NCBI GenBank assembly: GCA_963663865.1
Contig: OY760686.1
Span: 2,176,001-2,240,000 of the forward strand
Direction of reading: 5' to 3'
DNA length: 64,000 nt
DNA from: Spirochaetota bacterium
Lineage (GTDB): Bacteria > Spirochaetota > UBA4802 > UBA5550
Positions within the stretch are counted from its first letter, which is position 1. Each line of letters begins with the position of its first letter. Positions 1 through 9,244 of the stretch are shown in pieces. The position numbers and the translations under genes are program-made. The notes below the pieces were generated by a model. That model had not been told where the DNA came from. It saw nothing but the letters and a program-made list of their open reading frames with translations, and did no database searches.

Positions 1-1
1 T

Positions 2-772
2 TGAAAGCTGGCCTATTCTTTCCGCCTGCCGGACTGCTGGATAGTACTGCGACATGAGCGATACATGCAGCTTCACCGACAGCTCGCAGGCAATCCGCCG
101 CAAGACCCCTTTGCTCTCTTCAACCTCTCCCGGAAGAATCAGGTGCCTGATTATTATACCGGAAAGCGCGCGGCCGTCATCATCAAGCACAAGAGAGGAA
201 CCTTTCTGACTCATCATCTCCCCGACGGCGTCAAAGGCCCTGTCCGGATAATCCTCTGCACCAGAATAAAGCGCCGCCTTTTCGGGAGAGCAGTACTTTA
301 TATCTGGCAAATATACGTCCACCAGGCCTTCAAGCGAACGGATTGTGTTTACAGTATCATACCCACCCGTGTTGTACACAACTACAGGCCTTCGCCCACG
401 GCGGTGAAGCTCTTGCATGATTTTAATCAACTGGGGGATATTGTGGGTCGGTGATACAAAGCCCAGCATATTCTCAGACCGATCAAGGCAAGACTCTATC
501 AGTTCGATTAGCCGTTCAAAGGGAACAGCACTGTTCCTCTGCAAAGAAAGGTTGTCGGATATGCTGTGGTTCTGACAGTACACGCACTGCAGCACACAGC
601 CCCTGAAAAAGACATTACAGACACCCTTATCGCCTGAAAGAGGAGGCTCTTCTCCGAAATGAACGCAAACAGAGGCGACTTCAAATCCAGTGCCGCCTCC
701 GCAGTATCCTCTCTCACCGGCAAGCCTGTTTACGTGGCAGGACCTGGGACATAGTTCACAGCTCTGTATCAT
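2..772 (-). CDS. PflX-family (COG1313-like) radical SAM protein, 3' end runs off the window
   Basis: Absent from the ORF track; manual minus-strand translation from ATG 772 gives MIQSCELCPRSCHVNRLAGERGYC...HFGEEPPLSG...VFFRGCVLQCVYCQNHSIS...GIIIRHLILPG...VSLMSQYYP. This has a CxxxCxxC motif plus the N-terminal CxxCPxxC and the EEP, RHLxLPG and SLMSQY motifs. ATGA overlap with the cheB stop. Confidence 0.88.
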   Translation of the reverse strand, partial: MIQSCELCPRSCHVNRLAGERGYCGGGTGFEVASVCVHFGEEPPLSGDKGVCNVFFRGCVLQCVYCQNHSISDNLSLQRNSAVPFERLIELIESCLDRSENMLGFVSPTHNIPQLIKIMQELHRRGRRPVVVYNTGGYDTVNTIRSLEGLVDVYLPDIKYCSPEKAALYSGAEDYPDRAFDAVGEMMSQKGSSLVLDDDGRALSGIIIRHLILPGEVEESKGVLRRIACELSVKLHVSLMSQYYPAVRQAERIGQLS

Positions 773-1839
773 TTCCCCTGCTTCACTATAAACTGAACGA
801 TGGAGACCGGATTCATTACCGCCTCTGCCGCGCCACGCTTGATTGCTTCCCTCGGCATGCCAAAAACTACCGAGCTGTCCTCGTCCTGAGCTATGGTGTA
901 GGAGCCGCTTTCCTTCATCTCAAGCAGGCCGTCAGCTCCGTCGGCCCCCATTCCTGTCAGCAGAATACCCGTGGCAGTCGGCCCGCAGAGCCCGGCTACA
1001 GAGCGGAACATAACATCAACAGAAGGCCTGTGCCGGTTGACCGGAAGGCCGTCATTTATTTCGACATAGTAACCTTTTGCATCACGCTTAAGCAGCATGT
1101 GCCGGTTACCCGGAGCGATAAGCGCTGATCCTCTCATCACCCTGTCACCGTCGGCCCCTTCTTTAACGAATATTTTAGAAAGCCCGTTCACCCTGTTTGC
1201 AAAGGCCTCTGTGAACTTTTCCGGCATGTGCTGAACGACCAGGATGCCCGGAACATCCTCGGGCAGAGAACTCAGGATATCCGCGATAACCTCGGTCCCT
1301 CCCGTTGAAGCCCCGATAGCAATCAGCGATTCGCTCTGGACACCCGGCCTGTATTCATTACGCCGCGGCAAAATAACATCAGCGTTGTACTTCTGCTCAA
1401 CACGCATAGACTCGAATAAAATTGGTTTCTTTTTCACTGACCGGGCAGCCGCTATGACCTTGTCGACAAGGCCGGCGGCAAAATCGTCCCACCTGTTCAT
1501 ATCCTCAGCCGTCGGTTTCGGAATAAAATCGAAAGCACCGGCCTTAAGGGCTTTCATCGTTTTCTCGGCGCCCTCAACAGTAACAGCGCTGACCATTAGA
1601 ACGGGCATTGGCCGCCACTGCATAAGCTTTGAAAGAAAAGTCAGCCCGTCCATTCTGGGCATTTCAATATCAAGGGTAATGACATCAGGGTTGAGGCGTT
1701 TTATTTTATCCGCCGCAATTATAGGGTCAAGGGCCGTTCCCACAACCTCAATCTGTTTGGACACTGACAGAGCGTCAGTGAGCATTTTTCTCATGACGGC
1801 TGAATCATCAACAATCAGCACTTTTATCTTTTCACCCAT
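769..1839 (-). CDS. cheB: Chemotaxis response regulator methylesterase CheB
   Basis: N-terminal REC domain (VDDS, DIEMP) plus methylesterase motifs GASTGG, VQHMP and LTGMGADG. Start placed at MGEKIK behind GGGAG. Confidence 0.97.
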   Translation of the reverse strand: MGEKIKVLIVDDSAVMRKMLTDALSVSKQIEVVGTALDPIIAADKIKRLNPDVITLDIEMPRMDGLTFLSKLMQWRPMPVLMVSAVTVEGAEKTMKALKAGAFDFIPKPTAEDMNRWDDFAAGLVDKVIAAARSVKKKPILFESMRVEQKYNADVILPRRNEYRPGVQSESLIAIGASTGGTEVIADILSSLPEDVPGILVVQHMPEKFTEAFANRVNGLSKIFVKEGADGDRVMRGSALIAPGNRHMLLKRDAKGYYVEINDGLPVNRHRPSVDVMFRSVAGLCGPTATGILLTGMGADGADGLLEMKESGSYTIAQDEDSSVVFGMPREAIKRGAAEAVMNPVSIVQFIVKQGK

Positions 1840-1841
1840 CT

Positions 1842-2390
1842 TCACTCCCTGCATCGAATGTCTGGCACGCGTACCTGTGCCGTGGGGCAGTAGGTTTTAC
1901 TGATGGTCTTCTTCAAAAAGACCTTGCCGCTTGTGACATCCATAAAAAGCTTTCTCATATAGTTTCCGCCGTGGTCTACATGTGTAATGCTGATATCCTC
2001 AATCTCCAATATGGCCCGGGCAAGCCTGACATTGTCCTGAGAAATGCCGCTTCCAGTATCATCAATATCAATTACCCTGCCCCCTCCAAAGACCTTTGCG
2101 GAAATACACTCCCTTCGGGCTCCCTTCTTCTCCATGCTTTCAATAAGCTCCCTTATTGCCACAATCCCGTATTTGGCGGAATTATCCGCAAACAGGTCAG
2201 CCTTGCATACCCTTCCCGGCAGCATGAAGTGGTTCATGCCTGAGATCAGCTTTTTGCTGTCGTAGAGACATACCGCAACGCAAGAGCCGAGCACTGTGCC
2301 AATGACCTCATCTTCCGATGATACGTAAAGCTCTCCCGCGTTGATCGTGACAAGATTTTTACCGAATCTGGCTTCATGCCTGATATACAT
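1842..2390 (-). CDS. cheD: Chemoreceptor glutamine deamidase CheD
   Basis: TVLGSCVAVCLYD, GMNHFMLP, AKVFGGG and DHGG...R motifs. Confidence 0.93.
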   Translation of the reverse strand: MYIRHEARFGKNLVTINAGELYVSSEDEVIGTVLGSCVAVCLYDSKKLISGMNHFMLPGRVCKADLFADNSAKYGIVAIRELIESMEKKGARRECISAKVFGGGRVIDIDDTGSGISQDNVRLARAILEIEDISITHVDHGGNYMRKLFMDVTSGKVFLKKTISKTYCPTAQVRVPDIRCRE

Positions 2391-3214
2391 TAATCAATCC
2401 TGACATATATCGACTTCCCATAACATCTGAAAATGTCCTGCAAACCGGTCAGTGTTTCAGAATGGCCAATCAGGAGATATCCGTCTTTATCGAGATAATT
2501 ATAAAATTTTTTGAATAAGGATTTCTGCGTATCTCTATCGAAATATATTACAACATTTCTGCAAAATATTACATCAAACTTTTTCTTCATAGGATAGTTT
2601 TCGTCAAGAAAATTAAGCCTCGCAAACGATATCATTTTTCTAACATTTTCTTTAACCATCACCTTGCCGTTGTTGACTCCGCTGCCCTTCAGGAAATACC
2701 TTTTTGCAAAATCCTTCTTCATCTGAGACAGTGCGGCATCGGGATATACGCCCCCGCGGGCGGTATCAAGGACTTTTGTATCGATATCGGTGGCAAGTAT
2801 CCGGACAGGACAGAGAGGAATACGCAGACTGTATTCAAGGATGGTAATAGCAATTGAATAGGCTTCTTCACCAGTGGAACATCCTGCACACCAGATCCTG
2901 AGTTCCTTCCGCTCCTTTGTAACAGCAGGAAGATACTCGTTAGTTAAAAAATCAAAGTGGGCTGATTCTCTGAAGAACTCGGTCTTATTCGTGGTAATAC
3001 AGTTGATAAAATCGAAGAGCTCGCTGCTGTAGTTTTCGACAAGATATGCGTAATAATCCTCGTAATCGGGCAGTGAAAGCTCCCTCATCCGCCGCATGAG
3101 CCTTGACTGAACCAAAGACTTTTTCATCGGCGACATTTTTATTCCGCTCTCGCGGTATATTATCTCGCGAAAACGGTCAAAGGTTTTATCACTCAGCTCT
3201 CGCACCTGAAGCAT
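2390..3214 (-). CDS. cheR: Chemotaxis methyltransferase CheR
   Basis: TTNKTEFFRE, WCAGCSTGEEAYS, ATDID, FCRNVVIYF and GHSE motifs. Confidence 0.97.
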   Translation of the reverse strand: MLQVRELSDKTFDRFREIIYRESGIKMSPMKKSLVQSRLMRRMRELSLPDYEDYYAYLVENYSSELFDFINCITTNKTEFFRESAHFDFLTNEYLPAVTKERKELRIWCAGCSTGEEAYSIAITILEYSLRIPLCPVRILATDIDTKVLDTARGGVYPDAALSQMKKDFAKRYFLKGSGVNNGKVMVKENVRKMISFARLNFLDENYPMKKKFDVIFCRNVVIYFDRDTQKSLFKKFYNYLDKDGYLLIGHSETLTGLQDIFRCYGKSIYVRID

Positions 3215-3219
3215 CAGAT

Positions 3220-3816
3220 TTACTTCCCGCCGAAAAGTATAACTTTGCCGTACTTCTTGCCGCTTCTAAGCTCCCTGTCAATATACTCCCTCTCCATAAC
3301 GGAAAACTCTGAAGATTCACTGTTATTCACAAGTAATTTCCTCAAGACCTTTCCGGTACGGGGGAAAAATATTATTTTCCTGCGGTTTCCCCCTCCAATG
3401 TCCTGAGCGGCAACCGGAATTTTTTCTGACAGGGAATACTCCCTGATAAACCTAGTTGTACTCTCAACAACCTCAGAGATCCTTGCCGTTTCACCTGAAA
3501 GGTGGGCGCCTCCGAAAACCTTTCCGGTCAGGTCCCTTCTGTCCCCCCCCTGCTTGACGATCTCACCGATAAGGATCTCCATTTTTGATACCGCATGGGC
3601 CGCGACATCGTCCCGGAAAATACCCTCAGTACCCAGAGTACCGTGCACAATAAAGTGAGTCATTGCCCCAATGCCCCTGCTGGTATCGTACAGACATACA
3701 ACAACACATGAGCCGGTTACTGTTGAAAGGATACAGTCTTCAGTCGTTGCCAGACAATCACCGGGATAAAGTATATACATGTCCTTCCCGGACTTCCTGT
3801 CATGGCTCTTTATCAT
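3220..3816 (-). CDS. cheD: Second, divergent CheD-family protein
   Basis: TVTGSCVVVCLYD...MTHF, KVFGGA and DIGGGNRRKI motifs; ends in GKVILF. Confidence 0.85.
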   Translation of the reverse strand: MIKSHDRKSGKDMYILYPGDCLATTEDCILSTVTGSCVVVCLYDTSRGIGAMTHFIVHGTLGTEGIFRDDVAAHAVSKMEILIGEIVKQGGDRRDLTGKVFGGAHLSGETARISEVVESTTRFIREYSLSEKIPVAAQDIGGGNRRKIIFFPRTGKVLRKLLVNNSESSEFSVMEREYIDRELRSGKKYGKVILFGGK

Positions 3817-3826
3817 TTCAAGCTGC

Positions 3827-4366
3827 CTAAAGCTCCGCTCTTTCCTTCTTCAGGGAGTTTATCTCATCAACCGACAAAATCCTGTCCACATCAAGAAGAA
3901 TAACAAGCTGATCGTCCAGCTTTCCTATTCCCCTTATGTAATCAGTATCAATATTCACGCTGAAGTGGGGCGTGTCCTGCACAGAAGATATCGGCATTGA
4001 AATAACGTCTGATACTGAATCGACTATCATTCCGATCAACATACCCCTCGTTTCAACGATCAGAATGACCGTGTACTGGTCATACTCGCGCTCGTCCATC
4101 CTGAGCTTCAATCTCATATCTACGACCGGAACAACTGACCCTCTGAGGTTAATAACCCCTTTCATAAAACTCATGCTGTTTGGCATATGGGTTATCTGGG
4201 TCATACCGATGATTTCCTGAACCTTTAAGACCTCAACGCCGTAAACCTCATTGTGAATAAGAAAAGTCACGAACTGTACTGTATCTTGTCCAGAAGCATC
4301 CTGTCCCTTCGATTCTTTTTTCTGGATCTCTTCATTTATCTTCTCGGTTGAAACAGCGCTTTCCAT
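3827..4366 (-). CDS. cheW: Chemotaxis scaffold CheW
   Basis: QFVTF...YGVEVLKVQEII, GVINLRGSVVPVVD and GMIVDSVSDV motifs. Start at MESAV behind CAGGAGG. Confidence 0.96.
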   Translation of the reverse strand: MESAVSTEKINEEIQKKESKGQDASGQDTVQFVTFLIHNEVYGVEVLKVQEIIGMTQITHMPNSMSFMKGVINLRGSVVPVVDMRLKLRMDEREYDQYTVILIVETRGMLIGMIVDSVSDVISMPISSVQDTPHFSVNIDTDYIRGIGKLDDQLVILLDVDRILSVDEINSLKKERAEL

Positions 4367-4379
4367 GGGAACCTCCTGA

Positions 4380-4751
4380 TTACCTGACAAGTTTTTTTAC
4401 TACATCAAGAAGCTGAGCTGGCTGAAACGGCTTCACAAGCCATCCTGACGCTCCGGCCTCTTTACCCCTGCTGATCATTGAATCCTCGCACTCTGTAGTA
4501 AGGACTACAACCGGTGTAAACTGGTCTTTCTTTCGAAATTCTCCGATAAATGTGATACCGTCCATCTCCGGCATATTCACATCCACGATTACAAGCGCTA
4601 TTTCGTCACCCCCGGCCGTAATCTCTTCGGCTTTTTCGAGCCCGTCGAGACCGTTTACCGCCTGAACCACCGGGTATCCGGTTTCCTTTAAAGAGACCTG
4701 CACGCTCATTCGAATTGTGCTGGAATCATCAATCGCTAAAATCTTCTTCAT
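4380..4751 (-). CDS. cheY: Single-domain response regulator CheY
   Basis: IDDS, DVNMPEMDG, LTTE and GASGWLVKPF motifs; lies inside the che operon. Confidence 0.92.
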   Translation of the reverse strand: MKKILAIDDSSTIRMSVQVSLKETGYPVVQAVNGLDGLEKAEEITAGGDEIALVIVDVNMPEMDGITFIGEFRKKDQFTPVVVLTTECEDSMISRGKEAGASGWLVKPFQPAQLLDVVKKLVR

Positions 4752-5020
4752 TGAGCTCTATCCTCCTGCCTGATTATACCCGTCATTTTCATCTGGTTTT
4801 TAACTGCCTCAGAAACATTGCTGAAAAGCATTTTTTTGCCCGATAATCTGAGGCTCTTTCGGGCGGAAATGAGAAGCTGAATCATGGACAGGTCGAGCGA
4901 CTCAAGCTCACTGAAATCAATCCGGATGTCTTCTCCTCTCTGCACATTTTTTTTCATCTCTTCGTAGAGCAATGAAATATTTCTGATGCCGGCAGATTTA
5001 TCAAGACGTATTTCTATCAT
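4748..5020 (-). CDS. STAS-domain protein
   Basis: IDFSELESLDLSMIQLLIS STAS-like pattern, about 90 aa; start at MIEIR behind GGAGG. STAS genes are common in F7/F8-type che clusters. Confidence 0.82.
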   Translation of the reverse strand: MIEIRLDKSAGIRNISLLYEEMKKNVQRGEDIRIDFSELESLDLSMIQLLISARKSLRLSGKKMLFSNVSEAVKNQMKMTGIIRQEDRAQ

Positions 5021-5048
5021 TACTTCATCCTCCGCAAATTCAAGATAG

Positions 5049-7142
5049 TCAAACCTGGGACAATTCACCTATAAGGCCGTGAATATCAATAATAAGGGCG
5101 ACGCTCCCATCACCAAGTATCGCGGCGCCCGATATTGCTCTGCTTTCAGTTATTCCTTTATCAAGACTCTTTATAACAGTCTGATGCTGACCTAAGAGAT
5201 CGTCTACCATAATGCCTATTTTTCTGTCGCCAGACTCAACAATAACAACAAGCGCCTCATGAGGTTCTGTCCTGTCAGCATCGACCCCGAAAAGCCTGTG
5301 CAGCCTGACAAGTGATATATAATTACCCCGGACTTTTATTATCTCCCCTTTTCCCTCAACTGTTTTGACATCTGTTTCCGAAGGCTGCATTGACTCAACA
5401 ATCGAGAGAAGCGGTACAATATAGGCTTCCCTGCCAACCCGAACAAGCATACCGTCAATTATTGCCATAGTCAGAGGAAGCTTTATCCTGAACACTGTCC
5501 CCTCGCCCTCTCTTGAGTCAATTTCAATCACCCCGCGCAGGGAGTCAATGTTGGTGCGTACAACATCCATCCCTACGCCCCTTCCGGAAAGAGCGCCTAC
5601 CGATTCGGCTGTGGAAAATCCAGGAGCAAATATAAAGCTATAGAGTCTGCTGTCGGTAACATCCTCATCATAAGCCAGCATTTCCTTCTGGATAGCCCTC
5701 TCGCGCAGCTTCTTCCTGTTCAGCCCTCTACCGTCATCCTCAATTTCAATATAGACACTTCCTTCCTGGTGATAGGCCCTCAGGCTGATTCTGCCGGCGG
5801 CTGGTTTGCCCGAGGCAATCCTCTCTTCCGAAGTCTCTATCCCGTGGTCAATTGAGTTGCGTATCATGTGCTTCAGCGGATCGCCGATTTTCTCGATAAC
5901 GGTCTTGTCAAGTTCAGTCTCGCGCCCTTCTATCTGGAGCTGAATCTCCTTCCCCGTTTCAAGAGCAGCATCCCTGACGAACCTTCTGAACTGTTCAAAG
6001 GTGGGTCCAACCGGCACCATCCTGATGGACATGATCTGTTCCTGAAACTCCCTCGTGGTACGGTCGAGGCCGTGAAGGGCGTTTTTTAACCTGAAACTCA
6101 CCTCGTCATCAATCTCATCTGATATCCTTGATATTGACGACTGCCCAATAACAATCTCGCCGAGAAGGTTCATCAGCCTGTCAAGCTTGCCTGCATCAAC
6201 ACGGACCGTGCCGGTCTCAATCTTACTCCTGATCTTTTCCTGGTCAGAAAGAGCTTTCCCTATTTCCTTCTTGCTGGCGTAACCTTTTTCAACCACCACA
6301 TCGCCGAGCCTGAGATTTTTTTTCTCCTGAACGGCTATGGCCTCCGCGAGTTCACCCTCTGTCAAAATACCGCGGCTTACCAGCATCTCTCCAAGCCTGA
6401 GTTCCCCGCGAGGCACCCCGGATTCAGACAAATCATAGCCGGCTGATACATCGGTGATCTCTATGCCTCCGTCATCAGCGAAAAGAAAGATGTTTCTCAG
6501 TTCCTGAATATCAGCTTCAGTCTTTATCACGCATTTCCATGTGAGGTAACATCTATGAGGGTCGAATTTATCAAGCGGGGGTACAGCTTTTCTATCCGGG
6601 ATGCTGAGGACTATCTCACCCTTCGAACACAGCTCCTCAATAAGGATGAGAGGGTCAATCCCCTGCCTGAAGATATTATGATTAAATGAAGCCCTGACCA
6701 TGTAGTATCTTTCCGTTCGGGACTCAGCCTGCTGAATCGAGTCCCCGACCCCTGCCCCGTCTGAGATTCCAGGCTTAACCTCCTCAATCCTTCGTATAAG
6801 CTCATCAGCGATCTCACGGCCCTCGCCTTCGGCAAAACCCGAAGCCAGTTCCTGTCTTATCCAATCAACACTGCCGAGGAGTATATCCACAATCTCCCTG
6901 TCGGCCTCCAGCTTACCGGAGCGCACGTGATCCATCAGGTTCTCAAGCCTGTGGCTGAACTCACTGACCCCAGTAAAGCCGGCAATGCCGGAACTGCCCT
7001 TTATGGTGTGCACTAACCTGAAAAGCTCGTTGACAATCTCCTGGCTGTACTGCTCCTCAAGACTCACAATATCAAGCTCAATCCTTTCAAGAAGCTCACC
7101 CGCCTCCTGAAGAAAGACTTCCTTTATGCCGTTATCTGTCAC
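5049..7142 (-). CDS. cheA: Chemotaxis histidine kinase CheA with internal MshEN-like tandem motif
   Basis: Hpt motif FRLVHTIKGSSG, dimerisation RVDAGKLDRLMNLLGE, HATPase motifs HMIRNSIDHG, DDGRG and GRGVGMDVV, and a C-terminal CheW domain. GTG start behind GGGAGG. Confidence 0.97.
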   Translation of the reverse strand: MTDNGIKEVFLQEAGELLERIELDIVSLEEQYSQEIVNELFRLVHTIKGSSGIAGFTGVSEFSHRLENLMDHVRSGKLEADREIVDILLGSVDWIRQELASGFAEGEGREIADELIRRIEEVKPGISDGAGVGDSIQQAESRTERYYMVRASFNHNIFRQGIDPLILIEELCSKGEIVLSIPDRKAVPPLDKFDPHRCYLTWKCVIKTEADIQELRNIFLFADDGGIEITDVSAGYDLSESGVPRGELRLGEMLVSRGILTEGELAEAIAVQEKKNLRLGDVVVEKGYASKKEIGKALSDQEKIRSKIETGTVRVDAGKLDRLMNLLGEIVIGQSSISRISDEIDDEVSFRLKNALHGLDRTTREFQEQIMSIRMVPVGPTFEQFRRFVRDAALETGKEIQLQIEGRETELDKTVIEKIGDPLKHMIRNSIDHGIETSEERIASGKPAAGRISLRAYHQEGSVYIEIEDDGRGLNRKKLRERAIQKEMLAYDEDVTDSRLYSFIFAPGFSTAESVGALSGRGVGMDVVRTNIDSLRGVIEIDSREGEGTVFRIKLPLTMAIIDGMLVRVGREAYIVPLLSIVESMQPSETDVKTVEGKGEIIKVRGNYISLVRLHRLFGVDADRTEPHEALVVIVESGDRKIGIMVDDLLGQHQTVIKSLDKGITESRAISGAAILGDGSVALIIDIHGLIGELSQV

Positions 7143-7169
7143 ACAGTCCTCCCATAATCGCGGGTGTTC

Positions 7170-8900
7170 CTAAAACTCTTCAAATCCGTCAACATTCATG
7201 GTCTGCTCCACTTTTCCGTCTTTAGTTCCGGACGCCTTTTTCTCGGCTTTCTTTACACCTTCATCCGGCTTTTTGTCATAGGCCTGATGAGTGAGCTTTA
7301 GATGAGTTTCCTTGTGCTTATGGGAATATGCACTGCTCTTCGTGTTATCTGAGATCTTGAACATCTCCATCATGCCAAGAAGTTCCTGTGCCTGATTGGC
7401 CATCTCTTCACTTGCCGAGGCGGTTTCCTCAACCAGCGCGGAGTTCTGCTGTGTCATGTTGTCCATTTCTGAAATTGCAATGTTGATCTGGGCCATACCG
7501 CGCTTCTGTTCTTCGGTAGCAGCGGCTATCTCTGATATCAGAACGCTAACACCCTTAACGGCGGCAATAATCTCTTTCAGTGCCTCGCCGCTCTTGTTAG
7601 CCAATCCGGTAGCTTTCTCCACCTTGTCAACAGAATCATTGATCAGGTTGCCAATCTCCTTTGCCGCTCCGCCGGCACGCTGAGCAAGATTTCTGACCTC
7701 GCCGGCGACAACAGCAAAGCCGCGTCCCTGTTCTCCAGCCCTGGCGGCTTCAACCGCGGCATTCAGAGCCAGAAGGTTTGTCTGAAAGGCTATCTCGTTA
7801 ATGACTGAAATAATCTCGGCGATTTTCTTGCTCGACTGGTTGACATCGTTTATGGACTGCACCGCTTCATTGACGACATCGCCTCCTTCAACGGCCATCT
7901 TTGACGCGTTGTCGCTGTTCTTGTTAGCCTCGAGGGCATTGTCAGTATTCTGTGTTATCGTGGCTGAAGCCTCCTCAATAGTTGAGGCAATCTCCTCGAT
8001 TGATGAAGCCTGTTCAGATGTTCTCTGTGAAAGATTTTCGTTACCACTCGAAATCTCCTGTACTGCCTGGGTGAGGTTCTGCGAAGCAACGATAACCTCT
8101 GAAATGAGTTTCTCAAGATTGTCAGCGGCTGTGTTGAGGGCATGGCCAAGTTGACCAAGCTCATCCTTCTGATTCAGGTCAATTCTCTTGGTAAAGTCAC
8201 CCTCTGCAATCCTCTTCGCAAACGCAAGCCCCTTGTTGACAGGACCTGAAACAGAACGGCTCAGCACAATCGTTATGAGGATTCCAAGGCCAATCGCACC
8301 GGACAGCAGGATAATTGAAAGTATGAACACCGACCTGGCATCGTCATTTTGTGCCTTAATCATCTCTTCCGCTTTTGTCTGTTGAAGTTGAATGAGGTCA
8401 TCCGTTATTGCCCGCAGTTTTCTGAAATCATTCAGCCAGTCGTTCTGTGGGGCCACTGCGCCGTCAAAATCACGTCTTTGAAGAAACTGGGACAATCTGG
8501 TTCTTGCATCCTGCATAGAAGCAATATATCCGTCCCATTCTTCGATCATCTTTTTTTCCTGTTCGCTGTGCGTCAGTTTTTTAAATTCATTCCATCTATC
8601 CATGTAAACTTCAGCAAGCCTGGCTGTATCATCAGATCTTTTCTTCGCCTCACCGTAATTCATGGCTTTAATAGACTCTATCTCCTGGAGTACATTTATC
8701 CTTATCTGAAGTACATTCCTCATGATTCGGTTGAGCTGTCTGACCGGAGTGAATCTGTTCTGAAAAAAATCATTGAAGCCGTTTGACGAAGATCTGACTG
8801 CCACAATCCCCTGAACGGCTATCACCGAAATCAATATCATGAATGCAAGACAGCATAAAAAGACCTTCGATGCAACCTTTAGATCATTGAACCACTTCAT
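7170..8900 (-). CDS. Methyl-accepting chemotaxis protein (four-helix-bundle sensor, HAMP, signalling domain, C-terminal pentapeptide GFEEF)
   Basis: Two TM segments, HAMP DELGQL, hairpin tip [35 protein letters not shown]-like tail. Confidence 0.96.
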   Translation of the reverse strand: MKWFNDLKVASKVFLCCLAFMILISVIAVQGIVAVRSSSNGFNDFFQNRFTPVRQLNRIMRNVLQIRINVLQEIESIKAMNYGEAKKRSDDTARLAEVYMDRWNEFKKLTHSEQEKKMIEEWDGYIASMQDARTRLSQFLQRRDFDGAVAPQNDWLNDFRKLRAITDDLIQLQQTKAEEMIKAQNDDARSVFILSIILLSGAIGLGILITIVLSRSVSGPVNKGLAFAKRIAEGDFTKRIDLNQKDELGQLGHALNTAADNLEKLISEVIVASQNLTQAVQEISSGNENLSQRTSEQASSIEEIASTIEEASATITQNTDNALEANKNSDNASKMAVEGGDVVNEAVQSINDVNQSSKKIAEIISVINEIAFQTNLLALNAAVEAARAGEQGRGFAVVAGEVRNLAQRAGGAAKEIGNLINDSVDKVEKATGLANKSGEALKEIIAAVKGVSVLISEIAAATEEQKRGMAQINIAISEMDNMTQQNSALVEETASASEEMANQAQELLGMMEMFKISDNTKSSAYSHKHKETHLKLTHQAYDKKPDEGVKKAEKKASGTKDGKVEQTMNVDGFEEF

Positions 8901-9244
8901 TGTTGTCCTCCCTGGAATTCAGTTATACAGCTGCCGCTCAAGATGAAGGAAGAAATAATCTATGTCCCATAAACTTATCTTAAAGAATCAGCCGGTGGCC
9001 CCTATTCTACATTTCCGATCCCGATTAGTCAACACGCGGAATGGACGTACATGTGGGGAATTTGATTTAATTTGTGTAGTCAAATCCCCCTACATTTTTA
9101 TAATCATTACAAATCTGAAATATGTTGAAACTATAACAGCTAAAACCTCAAAAAGTGTTTGCCTTAATAGAGCATGATTCAATAATTAATCATTTTGTGC
9201 GGTATTACTCGAACGGAAAACACCTATCTGCAACGGAAGGTCTA

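Noticed and set aside
65-723. ORF-track entries 65..454 (+) and 508..723 (-)
   Set aside because: They are shadows of the PflX-type radical SAM gene read in other frames.
2-772. Radical SAM as partner of the AMMECR1 protein (AmmeMemoRadiSam)
   Set aside because: It has PflX-type motifs, lies about 58 kb away, no Memo gene is seen, and the AMMECR1 protein appears to be exported.
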